Below are positions 8,456 through 16,446 of a DNA stretch of 32,000 nt, piece after piece. Source of the DNA: Vibrio cholerae ATCC 14035 (GTDB taxonomy: Bacteria > Pseudomonadota > Gammaproteobacteria > Enterobacterales > Vibrionaceae); NCBI RefSeq assembly GCF_000621645.1, contig NZ_JHXR01000002.1, forward strand, positions 60,001-92,000, given 5' to 3'. Under the pieces are notes generated by a model. That model was not told where the DNA came from and did not search any database. It saw only the letters and a program-made list of their open reading frames with translations. A program made the translations under genes and the position numbers. Every line of letters starts with the position of its first letter. Position 1 is the stretch's first letter.

Positions 8456-9707
8456 ACGCTAACGCCTCCGTAATTGGCTTATTGACGCCTTTGCGCGCAG
8501 AGAACCACGCCGCGAGTACACAAATGAGCACTGTGCCTAGGGTGCAAAACCCAACCAGAGTGAAGGAAAAATAGAGATCGAGCGGATAACCTTCGGTTCT
8601 TCCCGGGGGCGGTGGCATTTGAATATCCGCTACGCGTACCGCCACTATGGTTATTCCTGTAAGCAAGGTACCCAAGAGTGAGCCGCACAGCGCCAGCAAG
8701 GTCGCTTCGCGCACAAAGCCCGCCAAAATGTCGCTTGGGTACGCGCCAAGAGCCGACAAAGTTCCGATTTCACGAGTCCGCTCACTGACCGACATGGTTA
8801 AGGTATTAAAGAGCGCAACAAACACCACCATCGCCATCACGGTTCCCATCACGCCAAACAATCGGTCATACAAGTCTTTGACTCGGGTGTAAAAGAAAGC
8901 GAGTTGCTGCCAAGGTGTCACTTGCAGCTCTTGTGATAAGGACAACTGATTCAGTTGATTTTCCACCCACGTTTGTAGCGTTTGAGTATTCTCGGTGTTA
9001 AACAGATACACAGACAAGGTGCTGACTTTACTGGAGTTGAGCAGCTCTTGAGCCGATGCTAAGTGCAAATAGAGCTGCCGTTTATCCAACTCAGGCACTC
9101 CTGTCGAATAGAGACCACGCACTTGAAAATCCAGTGCGTTCAGTGCGCCATCCGCCGTGGTAGCGAGCAGCGTCACCCAATCACCGACGCCCACACTTAA
9201 GTTGCGCGCCAGATCTACGCCAAGCATCACTTGAGGTTGAGTCGGGTCAAAGCGCGGAGACTTAGGATCTTGCAAGGTTTGCCCTGCTCGCAGATCCAAA
9301 AACGGGCCTTTCATATCAAACTCTTTGTCATCCACACCAAGACCAACAAAAATCGTTGATTTTTGGCCATTCGAAACCAGCCCTGTTAACTCAATACGTG
9401 GCTGGATGCCACGAATCGCCGGATTCGCCAGCAACACTTGGCGAATGTGGTCGCTGCCTTCTAATCCATTCGCCAAAGGTGTCTCTTCCTCTTGTGCAAA
9501 ATAGCCACGCTGGCTCAGCGTTAAATGTCCGACATCCCGCGCTGTCGATTCACGTAGTGAATCATAGGTATAAAGACCAAAGCCGCCTGCAGATGTTAAT
9601 GCCAATACTGCAATCGCGATGATCGAAATAGAGAGTAGGCTGCGGCGACGATTACGCTGCAGGTTTAACGCCGCCAATCGCCATGCTTGTGAGATCAACT
9701 TGCCCAT
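8448..9707 (-). CDS. MacB/LolCE-type ABC transporter permease (FtsX domain with a large periplasmic domain)
   Basis: I moved the start to the ATG at 9707 (MGKLISQAWRLAALNLQRNRRRS), which has GGAGG 7 nt upstream and overlaps the ATPase stop by 13 nt. The protein has one N-terminal TM helix, a periplasmic region of about 240 aa, and then three C-terminal TM helices (LFGVMGTVMAMVVFVALFNTL, LLALCGSLLGTLLTGITIVAV, FTLVGFCTLGTVLICVLAAWF). Confidence 0.85.
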   Translation of the reverse strand: MGKLISQAWRLAALNLQRNRRRSLLSISIIAIAVLALTSAGGFGLYTYDSLRESTARDVGHLTLSQRGYFAQEEETPLANGLEGSDHIRQVLLANPAIRGIQPRIELTGLVSNGQKSTIFVGLGVDDKEFDMKGPFLDLRAGQTLQDPKSPRFDPTQPQVMLGVDLARNLSVGVGDWVTLLATTADGALNALDFQVRGLYSTGVPELDKRQLYLHLASAQELLNSSKVSTLSVYLFNTENTQTLQTWVENQLNQLSLSQELQVTPWQQLAFFYTRVKDLYDRLFGVMGTVMAMVVFVALFNTLTMSVSERTREIGTLSALGAYPSDILAGFVREATLLALCGSLLGTLLTGITIVAVRVADIQMPPPPGRTEGYPLDLYFSFTLVGFCTLGTVLICVLAAWFSARKGVNKPITEALAYV

Positions 9708-10378
9708 TGCATCGCCTCCAATGAAATTTGTCCGTCCACCAGATTGAGGGTGCGATCGCACTGAGCTGCCATGCGCCCGTCATGAGTGGCAACCACAAAA
9801 GTCGTGCCTAACTCATGACCAAGACTTTTCATTAAACTGATCACGAGGTTGGCTGTTTGACTATCCAGACTCGCGGTAGGCTCATCCGCGACCACCAATT
9901 TCGGGTTGTGAACCAACGCCCGAGCTATCGCTACACGCTGCTGCTGACCACCGGAAAGATGATCTGGACGCTGCTGCATCACCGCTTCTAATCCAACCTT
10001 GGTTAGCATGTCATGTGCTAACTTGTGCTGATCACGACGGCTAAAACCATTAAGCATCAAGGGATAGGCGACATTCTCTAGCGCCGTCATCACGGATACT
10101 AAGTTGAATTTTTGGAACACAAAACCAAACTGAGTACGACGCAGTAAGGCGGCAGACTTACCCTTACGTGGATATACACGTCCCTCTAATGCCACTTCAC
10201 CTTGGTAATTAGGGTCAAGTAATCCCAAGATGTTGAGCAAAGTGCTTTTACCCGAGCCGGAGGGGCCACACAGCACTAACATCTCGCCTTGCTGTACCAC
10301 ACCGCTCACACCACGTAGCGCTGGCACGCTTTGAACTCCCAATGAGTACTGTTTTTCTATACTTTGAAAATGCAGCAT
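9695..10378 (-). CDS. ABC transporter ATP-binding protein (LolD/MacB-NBD-like)
   Basis: I moved the start to the ATG at 10378 (MLHFQSIEKQ), preceded by AGGAGG. The motifs are Walker A GPSGSGKST, signature LSGGQQQR, Walker B LVVADEPT and H-loop ATHD. The 29-codon extension in the ORF track overlaps the upstream gene and has no SD. Confidence 0.92.
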   Translation of the reverse strand: MLHFQSIEKQYSLGVQSVPALRGVSGVVQQGEMLVLCGPSGSGKSTLLNILGLLDPNYQGEVALEGRVYPRKGKSAALLRRTQFGFVFQKFNLVSVMTALENVAYPLMLNGFSRRDQHKLAHDMLTKVGLEAVMQQRPDHLSGGQQQRVAIARALVHNPKLVVADEPTASLDSQTANLVISLMKSLGHELGTTFVVATHDGRMAAQCDRTLNLVDGQISLEAMQWAS

Positions 10379-10386
10379 GCGTCCTC

Positions 10387-11058
10387 CTACCCTTGGCTCA
10401 GCAAGGCTTGAGCTTGCTGGGTATCTGGATGTTGCGCATCCGCTTGCTGCATGGCTTCTAGCCAAAGGCGAGCTTGCGCTTCATCTTCGGCGCGCAAGGC
10501 AGCAACAATAGCTAAGCGATAGATCCACGCGGTGGCCGCAAACGGCTGCGCTTGAAATTGAGGATCGGACAATAGATTCAGGTAGAGATCATATCCGCGC
10601 TCAAAATGGTTAAACATGTCGGGCATGGCGGTATAAGTGGCCGCCGCCACTGCCATAGCAAGCATTTGAACTGGTAAACCGTTGCGTATCTCTTCTGAAC
10701 TTGCCGTGTGCTCACTTGATTGGGTCACCTGACTACTTAATAAAGAAAGGCCTTTCTCTATTGTGGCAAGCCCCTCTTCGCTATAACGCATTTTCTTCCA
10801 CGGTAAAAAAGCATCACGTCCCATCAAGGTGCGTGTACTGCCCAAATAGACCAAGCTCAGTGCCGTCGCCCCTTCTTGCGCAACCAATTTTTCTAAATCG
10901 GCGTACAAGGGTTCAACTAACTTTTCATCACCTTGTGCGGCTTGGTTATAACGTTGGATCATGGCTTCGCTTGGCAGCGCAAATACAGGCCAAGCAGATA
11001 AGCTAAACAACAAAACGGAGACATAAGCAGTCAAGCTCAACGAAGTTCGAATTTTCAT
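10387..11058 (-). CDS. Secreted, predominantly helical protein of unknown function (first gene of the cassette)
   Basis: 223-aa ORF with a signal peptide (MKIRTSLSLTAYVSVLLFSLSAWPVFA-LP). The remainder is rich in Ala, Leu, Gln and Glu and looks helical or TPR-like. No family was recognised. Its stop lies inside the SD of the ATPase gene. Confidence 0.7.
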   Translation of the reverse strand: MKIRTSLSLTAYVSVLLFSLSAWPVFALPSEAMIQRYNQAAQGDEKLVEPLYADLEKLVAQEGATALSLVYLGSTRTLMGRDAFLPWKKMRYSEEGLATIEKGLSLLSSQVTQSSEHTASSEEIRNGLPVQMLAMAVAAATYTAMPDMFNHFERGYDLYLNLLSDPQFQAQPFAATAWIYRLAIVAALRAEDEAQARLWLEAMQQADAQHPDTQQAQALLSQG

Positions 11059-11276
11059 GTGAACGGTCCTTTTCAGTAACGTAATTGTCAGAACGTAAAC
11101 GTCCTCAACTGCTCATCGTGTTTGTGCCACGACGCAGCAGCTATCAAGAATGGAGTGAGCTTACTGAACTTCGTCTGTCGTTATCGGGCTTTGCGACCAA
11201 TGGTCTTTATGGGGCGTGAATGGACAATATCGGGAGCGAATGGGTGGCAAGAAGTGAAGAGATAAGATATGAGTTG

Positions 11277-11308
11277 ATAAAAACTGCGCCAGTACAAAGA
11301 CTGGCGCA
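11277..11308 (-). terminator. Rho-independent terminator downstream of the ydhF-like gene
   Basis: The 9-bp stem TGCGCCAGT (11285-11293) pairs with ACTGGCGCA (11300-11308) around a 6-nt loop. On the minus strand the hairpin is followed by GTTTTTAT. Confidence 0.75.
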
Positions 11309-11370
11309 AGAGTATCTCCTCAAACAACTTGGAGCTGCAGGTAGGAAGAAGATTGAGCCGTAATAACCCG

Positions 11371-12294
11371 TTATGGCACGCCATGACCTTTGGATGCGAC
11401 CCACACCCGATACCACTGCTCACGAGAAAGCTCTAACGACAAGGCTGCTATTGCACTTTGAACTCGCTCGATTTTTCCGGATCCGATAATCGGTAGTGGT
11501 TGGCTCGGTAAACGACGCACCCACGCATAAATCACCTGCTCAATCGACTCTGCGCCGAGCTCAACACGGATCTCTTCCAGCACAGCTCGTACGCGCTGCG
11601 TTTGCTCAGTTTGACCTGAGAAAATTGCGCTGCCACCGAGGCATGACCATGCCATTGGGCGAATGCGCAGACGCTGCAGTTGATCCAAGGTGCCATCGTG
11701 TGCCACATCAAAATTGAGTGGATTGATTTCGACTTGGTTAGTCACCAATAGCTTACCTAAGCGTGACTGCAGCAAATCAAACTGCGCTGGGCTGAAGTTT
11801 GAAACACCAAAGTGTTTCACTTTACCGACCTTGTGCAGTTCAGAAAATGCTTCCGCGACTTCATCAGCATTCATCAGTACATCTGGGCGGTGGATCAGCA
11901 AGACATCGATCTCATTGACTCCCAAACGCTCAAGCGAGTGATTGACCGATTGATAGATATGCGCCGCGCTGGTGTCGTAGTGATTAATTTTGCGCTCAGG
12001 AAAGCGATCGCTACACAGTTTAATGTCGCATTTGGTCACAATCTCGATCTGCTCGCGCAGTGAAGGTTCCAACGCTAGGGCTTCACCAAACAGTGTTTCA
12101 CATTGATAGTTACCGTAAATGTCCGCGTGATCAACGGTACTGATCCCCAGCTCAATATGCTGCTTCAAAAAGGTTAAGCGCTGCTGAGGCGTCATATTCC
12201 ATTCCGCCAGTCGCCAGTAACCTTGAACCAGTTCAGACAGCTCTGGCCCTTGTTGCGCCATGGTCACTTTCTGTACGGTTGCTTGTTGTTGCAT
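11371..12294 (-). CDS. ydhF: Aldo/keto reductase, YdhF-like oxidoreductase
   Basis: The sequence is collinear, near full length, with E. coli YdhF as I recall it (QGPELSELVQGYWRLAEWNM, STVDHADIYGNYQCE, LLIHRPD, HFGVSNFSPAQF, LPSQPLPIIGSGKIERV). The start is set at the ATG at 12294, with AGGAG 7 nt upstream. The ORF-track start at 12315 is a GTG with no SD. Confidence 0.85.
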   Translation of the reverse strand: MQQQATVQKVTMAQQGPELSELVQGYWRLAEWNMTPQQRLTFLKQHIELGISTVDHADIYGNYQCETLFGEALALEPSLREQIEIVTKCDIKLCSDRFPERKINHYDTSAAHIYQSVNHSLERLGVNEIDVLLIHRPDVLMNADEVAEAFSELHKVGKVKHFGVSNFSPAQFDLLQSRLGKLLVTNQVEINPLNFDVAHDGTLDQLQRLRIRPMAWSCLGGSAIFSGQTEQTQRVRAVLEEIRVELGAESIEQVIYAWVRRLPSQPLPIIGSGKIERVQSAIAALSLELSREQWYRVWVASKGHGVP

Positions 12295-12585
12295 GGTTAT
12301 TCTCCTGTTTTTCACTCAGCACATCCTATGCAGCTGGCCGTCTCTGTGCAAAAACTATCAATATCGATCCATAAAGTTGTGACTTGAATTAGATTTTTAG
12401 ACGATAACGCATGGCGGCAATCTGGCTTTCTACGCCCTATCCTGTTGGGTTGTGACGCGGTGCAAATTAACAAGGCGTAGCGCTAAGAATGATGTTGAGT
12501 GACGCGGTGCAATTTATCCTTTATCGATACAAAAATCGGCGCCATTTGGGTAGGAAAGCCGAATCAATAATAAGAAGGATAGACA

Positions 12586-14658
12586 ATGAAACTGAATGCC
12601 TTGACCCTATCGCTGCTCTCAGCTCTAGCTTTGCCAGCGCTGGCCTCGCCAGCTTCCACTGCGAATTTAACGGTAGCAACCACCACCAACAGCCGCGATT
12701 TTCCACTGCAAGCCGATGAACCACTGGTGATCCCGCTCACTAAGGGCGACTACACCTTGACCATTAGCGGGATTGGCGGTGATTGCCCACCGGTCCCCGA
12801 ACAAGAGATCAAATTCAACACGCCCATCGCTCTCAATTGCCATGTCCCGACTCAGTTACCTTTGAGTATCCGTTTTACCGGGGATTACGCATTTCAGTGG
12901 CAAGCGCAAAACAATACTCTCACCTTCGTGCGTCAAACCACTAAGGCAGCCAAAACTGAGTTTCATCGCCCGATCCCAAACGTCAGTTGCGAAGTGTATC
13001 AAGGCGGTGAAGTGACTTTAGATCTGGCGAGCAGCTTTGCCGATGGAACCGAGTTGCAAGATGCTATGACTGGGCAAGTAGTGACCATCGAGCAAGGCAA
13101 AGTGCGCTTAACCCCTTCCGCTAACAGCGGCGGCTTGGTGTTGTTGGAACCTAAACAGACAGCAAAAGCCGAGCCCAAACAGCCCTTTACCTATCGAAAT
13201 GCCAATATTTATTTTGTGATGGTTGATCGCTTCTACAACGCAGACCCAAGCAATGATGGCAGTTATGGTCGTCACAAAGATGGCCAAGAGGAGATCGGAA
13301 CATTTCATGGCGGCGATCTCAAGGGTGTGATTGCAAAACTTGACCATATCCAAAGCTTAGGCACAGATGCTATCTGGCTCTCTCCGATTGTCGAACAGGT
13401 ACATGGGTTTGTCGGCGGTGGCGAGAAAGGATCATTCCCGTTTTATGCCTATCACGGCTATTGGACCCGCGATTTCACCAAGATCGATGCCAACTTTGGG
13501 AAAGATGAGGATTTACAAACCTTAGTGCGTGAGGCGCATCGTCGCGGCATTAAAATTTTGATGGATGCGGTGATCAATCATGCAGGTTACGCGACACTCG
13601 CCGATTTACAGCAAGATGCAGTACAAGTGGTGAACGCACCTATGCTGCCTGAACGTTGGAATGACTGGAAACCCAGCGCCGACGAAAACTGGCACAGCTT
13701 CCATCAAGCCATTGATTACCAAAGCAAGAATTGGCAACAGTGGTGGGGGCCAGACTGGGTACGCGCAGGCTTACCGGGCTATCCTGCGCCGGGCAGCAGT
13801 GACATCACGATGAATCTCGCCGGTTTACCGGATTTTCGCACTGAATCCCCCCAAGCCGTTACCCCGCCGCAGTGGCTACTCAACAATCCCGGCACACGAG
13901 TGGTGAGCAAACCCAATTACACTGTCGCTGACTATTTAATTGAATGGCAAAGCGATTGGGTACGCCGCTTTGGGATCGACGGTTTTCGCATCGACACCGT
14001 CAAACATGTGGAAGGGGAAGTGTGGCAACGCTTAAAACAGCGCGCGACGGAAAGCCTTGCAGCGTGGCGTAAAGACAATAATCAAAGCGGTGAGCCGTTT
14101 TGGATGATGGGCGAAGTGTGGGGGCACGGTGCCTATCGCAGCCCCTACTTTGATGATGGCTTTGATGCATTGATTAACTTTGACATTCAAAAACGTATGG
14201 ATAACGGCGCAGCCTGTTTGAGCCAGATGGCGATGGTGTATCGCGATTACGCGCAAACCCTCGCCAAATATCCCGACTTTAACCCCGTCAGTTATATGTC
14301 CTCGCACGATACTGAGTTGTTTTTCGGGCGCTTTAAATCACTGGATATGCAACGTAACGCCGCCAATGCCCTGCTACTGACACCGGGTGCTATCCAAGTG
14401 TATTACGGCGATGAAGTCGCCCGCGAAGCGGGACCGTACGCAGACGATTTCCATCAAGGCACTCGCTCTGATATGCCTTGGGAATGGAATGCCGAACGCC
14501 AAGCACTGCTCAAGCATTGGCAAACCTTAGGTCAATTCCGTCAACGTCACCCTGCGATAGGAACGGGAGAGCATCGCGAAATCGCCCAATCTAACGCTTA
14601 TGTTTTCACTCGCACATTGGGTGAAGATAAGGTGGTCGTGGCGTTCGTTGGCCGCTAA
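12586..14658 (+). CDS. malS: Periplasmic alpha-amylase (GH13), MalS-like
   Basis: 690-aa ORF with a signal peptide (MKLNALTLSLLSALALPALA). The four GH13 conserved regions are present: DAVINHAG, GFRIDTVKH, MMGEVWG and YMSSHDT. The size and the N-terminal extension resemble E. coli MalS. Confidence 0.88.
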   Translation: MKLNALTLSLLSALALPALASPASTANLTVATTTNSRDFPLQADEPLVIPLTKGDYTLTISGIGGDCPPVPEQEIKFNTPIALNCHVPTQLPLSIRFTGDYAFQWQAQNNTLTFVRQTTKAAKTEFHRPIPNVSCEVYQGGEVTLDLASSFADGTELQDAMTGQVVTIEQGKVRLTPSANSGGLVLLEPKQTAKAEPKQPFTYRNANIYFVMVDRFYNADPSNDGSYGRHKDGQEEIGTFHGGDLKGVIAKLDHIQSLGTDAIWLSPIVEQVHGFVGGGEKGSFPFYAYHGYWTRDFTKIDANFGKDEDLQTLVREAHRRGIKILMDAVINHAGYATLADLQQDAVQVVNAPMLPERWNDWKPSADENWHSFHQAIDYQSKNWQQWWGPDWVRAGLPGYPAPGSSDITMNLAGLPDFRTESPQAVTPPQWLLNNPGTRVVSKPNYTVADYLIEWQSDWVRRFGIDGFRIDTVKHVEGEVWQRLKQRATESLAAWRKDNNQSGEPFWMMGEVWGHGAYRSPYFDDGFDALINFDIQKRMDNGAACLSQMAMVYRDYAQTLAKYPDFNPVSYMSSHDTELFFGRFKSLDMQRNAANALLLTPGAIQVYYGDEVAREAGPYADDFHQGTRSDMPWEWNAERQALLKHWQTLGQFRQRHPAIGTGEHREIAQSNAYVFTRTLGEDKVVVAFVGR

Positions 14659-14668
14659 GCCACTCCAT

Positions 14669-14700
14669 CAGGAGCATACACAGTATGCTCCTGAATTTGT
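14669..14700 (+). terminator. Rho-independent terminator of malS
   Basis: The 10-bp stem CAGGAGCATA (14669-14678) pairs with TATGCTCCTG (14684-14693) around the loop CACAG. AATTTGT follows the hairpin, which lies 11 nt after the stop codon. Confidence 0.75.
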
Positions 14701-14783
14701 CGAAATTCGTGGCGATGTCCCCTCCTCAAAAGCACTCAAAAATCATCCTTTGGTTGTAACTGACTGTAAAGCCTGCAAACTTA

Positions 14784-14800
14784 AACTGGTACAACCAGAA
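14784..14800. promoter_or_regulatory. FadR-type operator upstream of fadL-volA
   Basis: AACTGGTACAACCAGAA contains the perfect inverted half-sites CTGGT/ACCAG. It differs at only 3 of 17 positions from the E. coli fadB operator ATCTGGTACGACCAGAT (recalled from memory). Confidence 0.55.
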
Positions 14801-14878
14801 AATGACTTTAATTCATTGATCTTGATGAATTAAATCTCTATCTTGCGCCTCTTTTATAAAATAATTCAGTTATTTTCT

Positions 14879-14907
14879 TTGACATAGCATTAACACAAAT
14901 TTAACAT
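14879..14907 (+). promoter_or_regulatory. Candidate sigma70 promoter (TTGACA - 17 nt - TAACAT)
   Basis: A perfect -35 TTGACA lies at 14879-14884, followed by a 17-nt spacer and the -10-like TAACAT at 14902-14907. A TSS here would give fadL a leader of about 280 nt. This rests on sequence match only. Confidence 0.35.
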
Positions 14908-15192
14908 CGCGCTTCATGTGCTCTTTTCAGTGGTTGGGTTCCTTTACTTGCACCTTCTCACCCCCACCCGTTACGCATCCAACCACTTGCTCGCCATAAC
15001 AAAACGACTTGGCGTTATAGATCGGTAGCAAGGGATATCCGTCATGGGTCAACTGAAAAAATCGCATCAAGCCAATAACAATAACCACACACCCAAGCGG
15101 TTTGAGAATACCGATTAGCAACCAAGCACTCCTGCGTGCTGCCAATGTTGCTTTTGTTCTTCAATCGTGCGGAAAGACCTAGGAGGTCGAGA

Positions 15193-16431
15193 ATGTTGTA
15201 TAAATCTTCCCTTGCTGTCGCCATCTCAGCCCTGATTGCGGGGCAAGTTAGCGCCGCTGGTTTTCAAGTTGCCGAACACTCAGCATCGGGTTTAGGTCGT
15301 GCATTTTCTGGTGAAGCGGCGGTAGCCGATAATGCCAGCGTGTTAGCACGAAATCCTGCCGCCATGATGCTTTTTGAGACGGCACAATTCTCTGGTGCAC
15401 TGTCGATCGTCGATCCTGAAGTCAATGTGGACGATCTTTCCAACAATCAGTCGATGAAGGATGTGGCTCCTCTGCAAATTGTGCCCGCCGCGTATTATAT
15501 CCGCCCAATCAACGACCAATGGGCTTGGGGGCTAGCCATGTTTACGACCTATGGCGTTGCGACCGACTACCCCAATGAGATTTATGCAGGCGACTTAGCC
15601 GGCGATACCTCACTCATCTCAGTCAACCTCAACCCGAATATCGCTTATCGTGTTAACCCAGAACTGAGCTTAGGTTTTGGCCTTGATCTGGTCGCCGCCA
15701 AAGCCAAATTAACTCGCCACAAAGGTGGATTGGCTCCCTTCATGGGCGGCGGAAATCCTAGCGATAACCTGATTGGCATGACGGGTGAAACCCTTGCTTT
15801 AGGCTGGAATATCGGCGCGCTTTATGAATTGGATGAGCAAAACCGGATCGGCTTTGGCTACCGTTCGCGCGTTAAGCTGAATTTCGATGATGGCGAGTTC
15901 TCCAGTTATGACTCAGGCATCGCGACCAGTGCGGTTGTTCCGGGACAACTCAAAATCGAACTGCCAGCCATTTGGGAGCTCTCCGGCTTCCACCAACTGA
16001 ATGAACAATGGGCTGTGCATTACAGCTACCAACAAACCGATTGGAGCAGCTTTGAAGAACTCACTGCCACTTCCAGCCAATGTAAAAACGGCACCTGTTT
16101 CCAAAAAATCGAACAATACCAAGACAACGGACGCTGGTCTGTCGGCGCAACCTATACGCTGAACACCACTTGGACATTGCGCGCAGGTTTGGCTTTCGAT
16201 GAGCAAGCCGGTAAGGCAACACTCAGTATTCCCGACAGTGACCGTTTCTGGTACTCAGCGGGTTTGACGTACACCTTGACGCCACAACTGACTATGGATG
16301 CCGGTTTTGCGTTAGTACAGAGCCGTAAGGGGTCTTTTACTGAAAAAAACCAAATCGGCCAGAACCTTCAGTTTGAGTCTGAGGCGGTCGCCTATATCAG
16401 TGCATTGCAATTTAACTACCGTTTTCACTAA
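15193..16431 (+). CDS. fadL: Long-chain fatty acid outer-membrane transporter (FadL/OMPP1/TodX family)
   Basis: The start is set at the ATG at 15193, with AGGAGG 6 nt upstream. The N-terminus has a signal peptide followed by AGFQVAEHSASGLGRAFSGEAAVADNASVLARNPAAM, which parallels E. coli FadL [35 protein letters not shown]. The C-terminus is FNYRFH. Confidence 0.9.
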   Translation: MLYKSSLAVAISALIAGQVSAAGFQVAEHSASGLGRAFSGEAAVADNASVLARNPAAMMLFETAQFSGALSIVDPEVNVDDLSNNQSMKDVAPLQIVPAAYYIRPINDQWAWGLAMFTTYGVATDYPNEIYAGDLAGDTSLISVNLNPNIAYRVNPELSLGFGLDLVAAKAKLTRHKGGLAPFMGGGNPSDNLIGMTGETLALGWNIGALYELDEQNRIGFGYRSRVKLNFDDGEFSSYDSGIATSAVVPGQLKIELPAIWELSGFHQLNEQWAVHYSYQQTDWSSFEELTATSSQCKNGTCFQKIEQYQDNGRWSVGATYTLNTTWTLRAGLAFDEQAGKATLSIPDSDRFWYSAGLTYTLTPQLTMDAGFALVQSRKGSFTEKNQIGQNLQFESEAVAYISALQFNYRFH

Positions 16432-16446
16432 TTTCTGGAGTCGAAC

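Noticed and set aside
9708-9761. N-terminal 18-codon extension of the permease ORF (start 9761)
   Set aside because: The ATG at 9707 is preceded by GGAGG and gives the usual short cytoplasmic N-terminus (basic residues followed by TM1). The extension lies inside the ATPase coding sequence.
10379-10465. N-terminal 29-codon extension of the ABC ATPase ORF as given in the track (start 10465)
   Set aside because: The extension overlaps the 3' end of the upstream 223-aa gene and has no SD. The internal ATG at 10378 has a perfect AGGAGG and yields a normal distance to the Walker A motif.
11181-11423. Two overlapping minus-strand ORFs (80 aa and 69 aa) between ydhF and the cassette
   Set aside because: They overlap the 3' end of ydhF and run straight through its rho-independent terminator (11277-11308). 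They have no SD and low-complexity products, so they are most likely annotation artefacts.
14927-15145. 72-aa minus-strand ORF between malS and fadL
   Set aside because: It is not reported as a feature because it starts at TTG without an SD and lies antisense to the presumed fadL leader, and I recognise no family. It is kept as an open question in the fadL-leader finding.
15136-15192. Upstream extension of fadL (track start 15136) and the similar extension of the MCP gene (19198-19314)
   Set aside because: The internal ATGs at 15193 (AGGAGG upstream, followed by a canonical signal peptide) and 19315 (AAGGG upstream) fit far better. The extensions encode no recognisable sequence.
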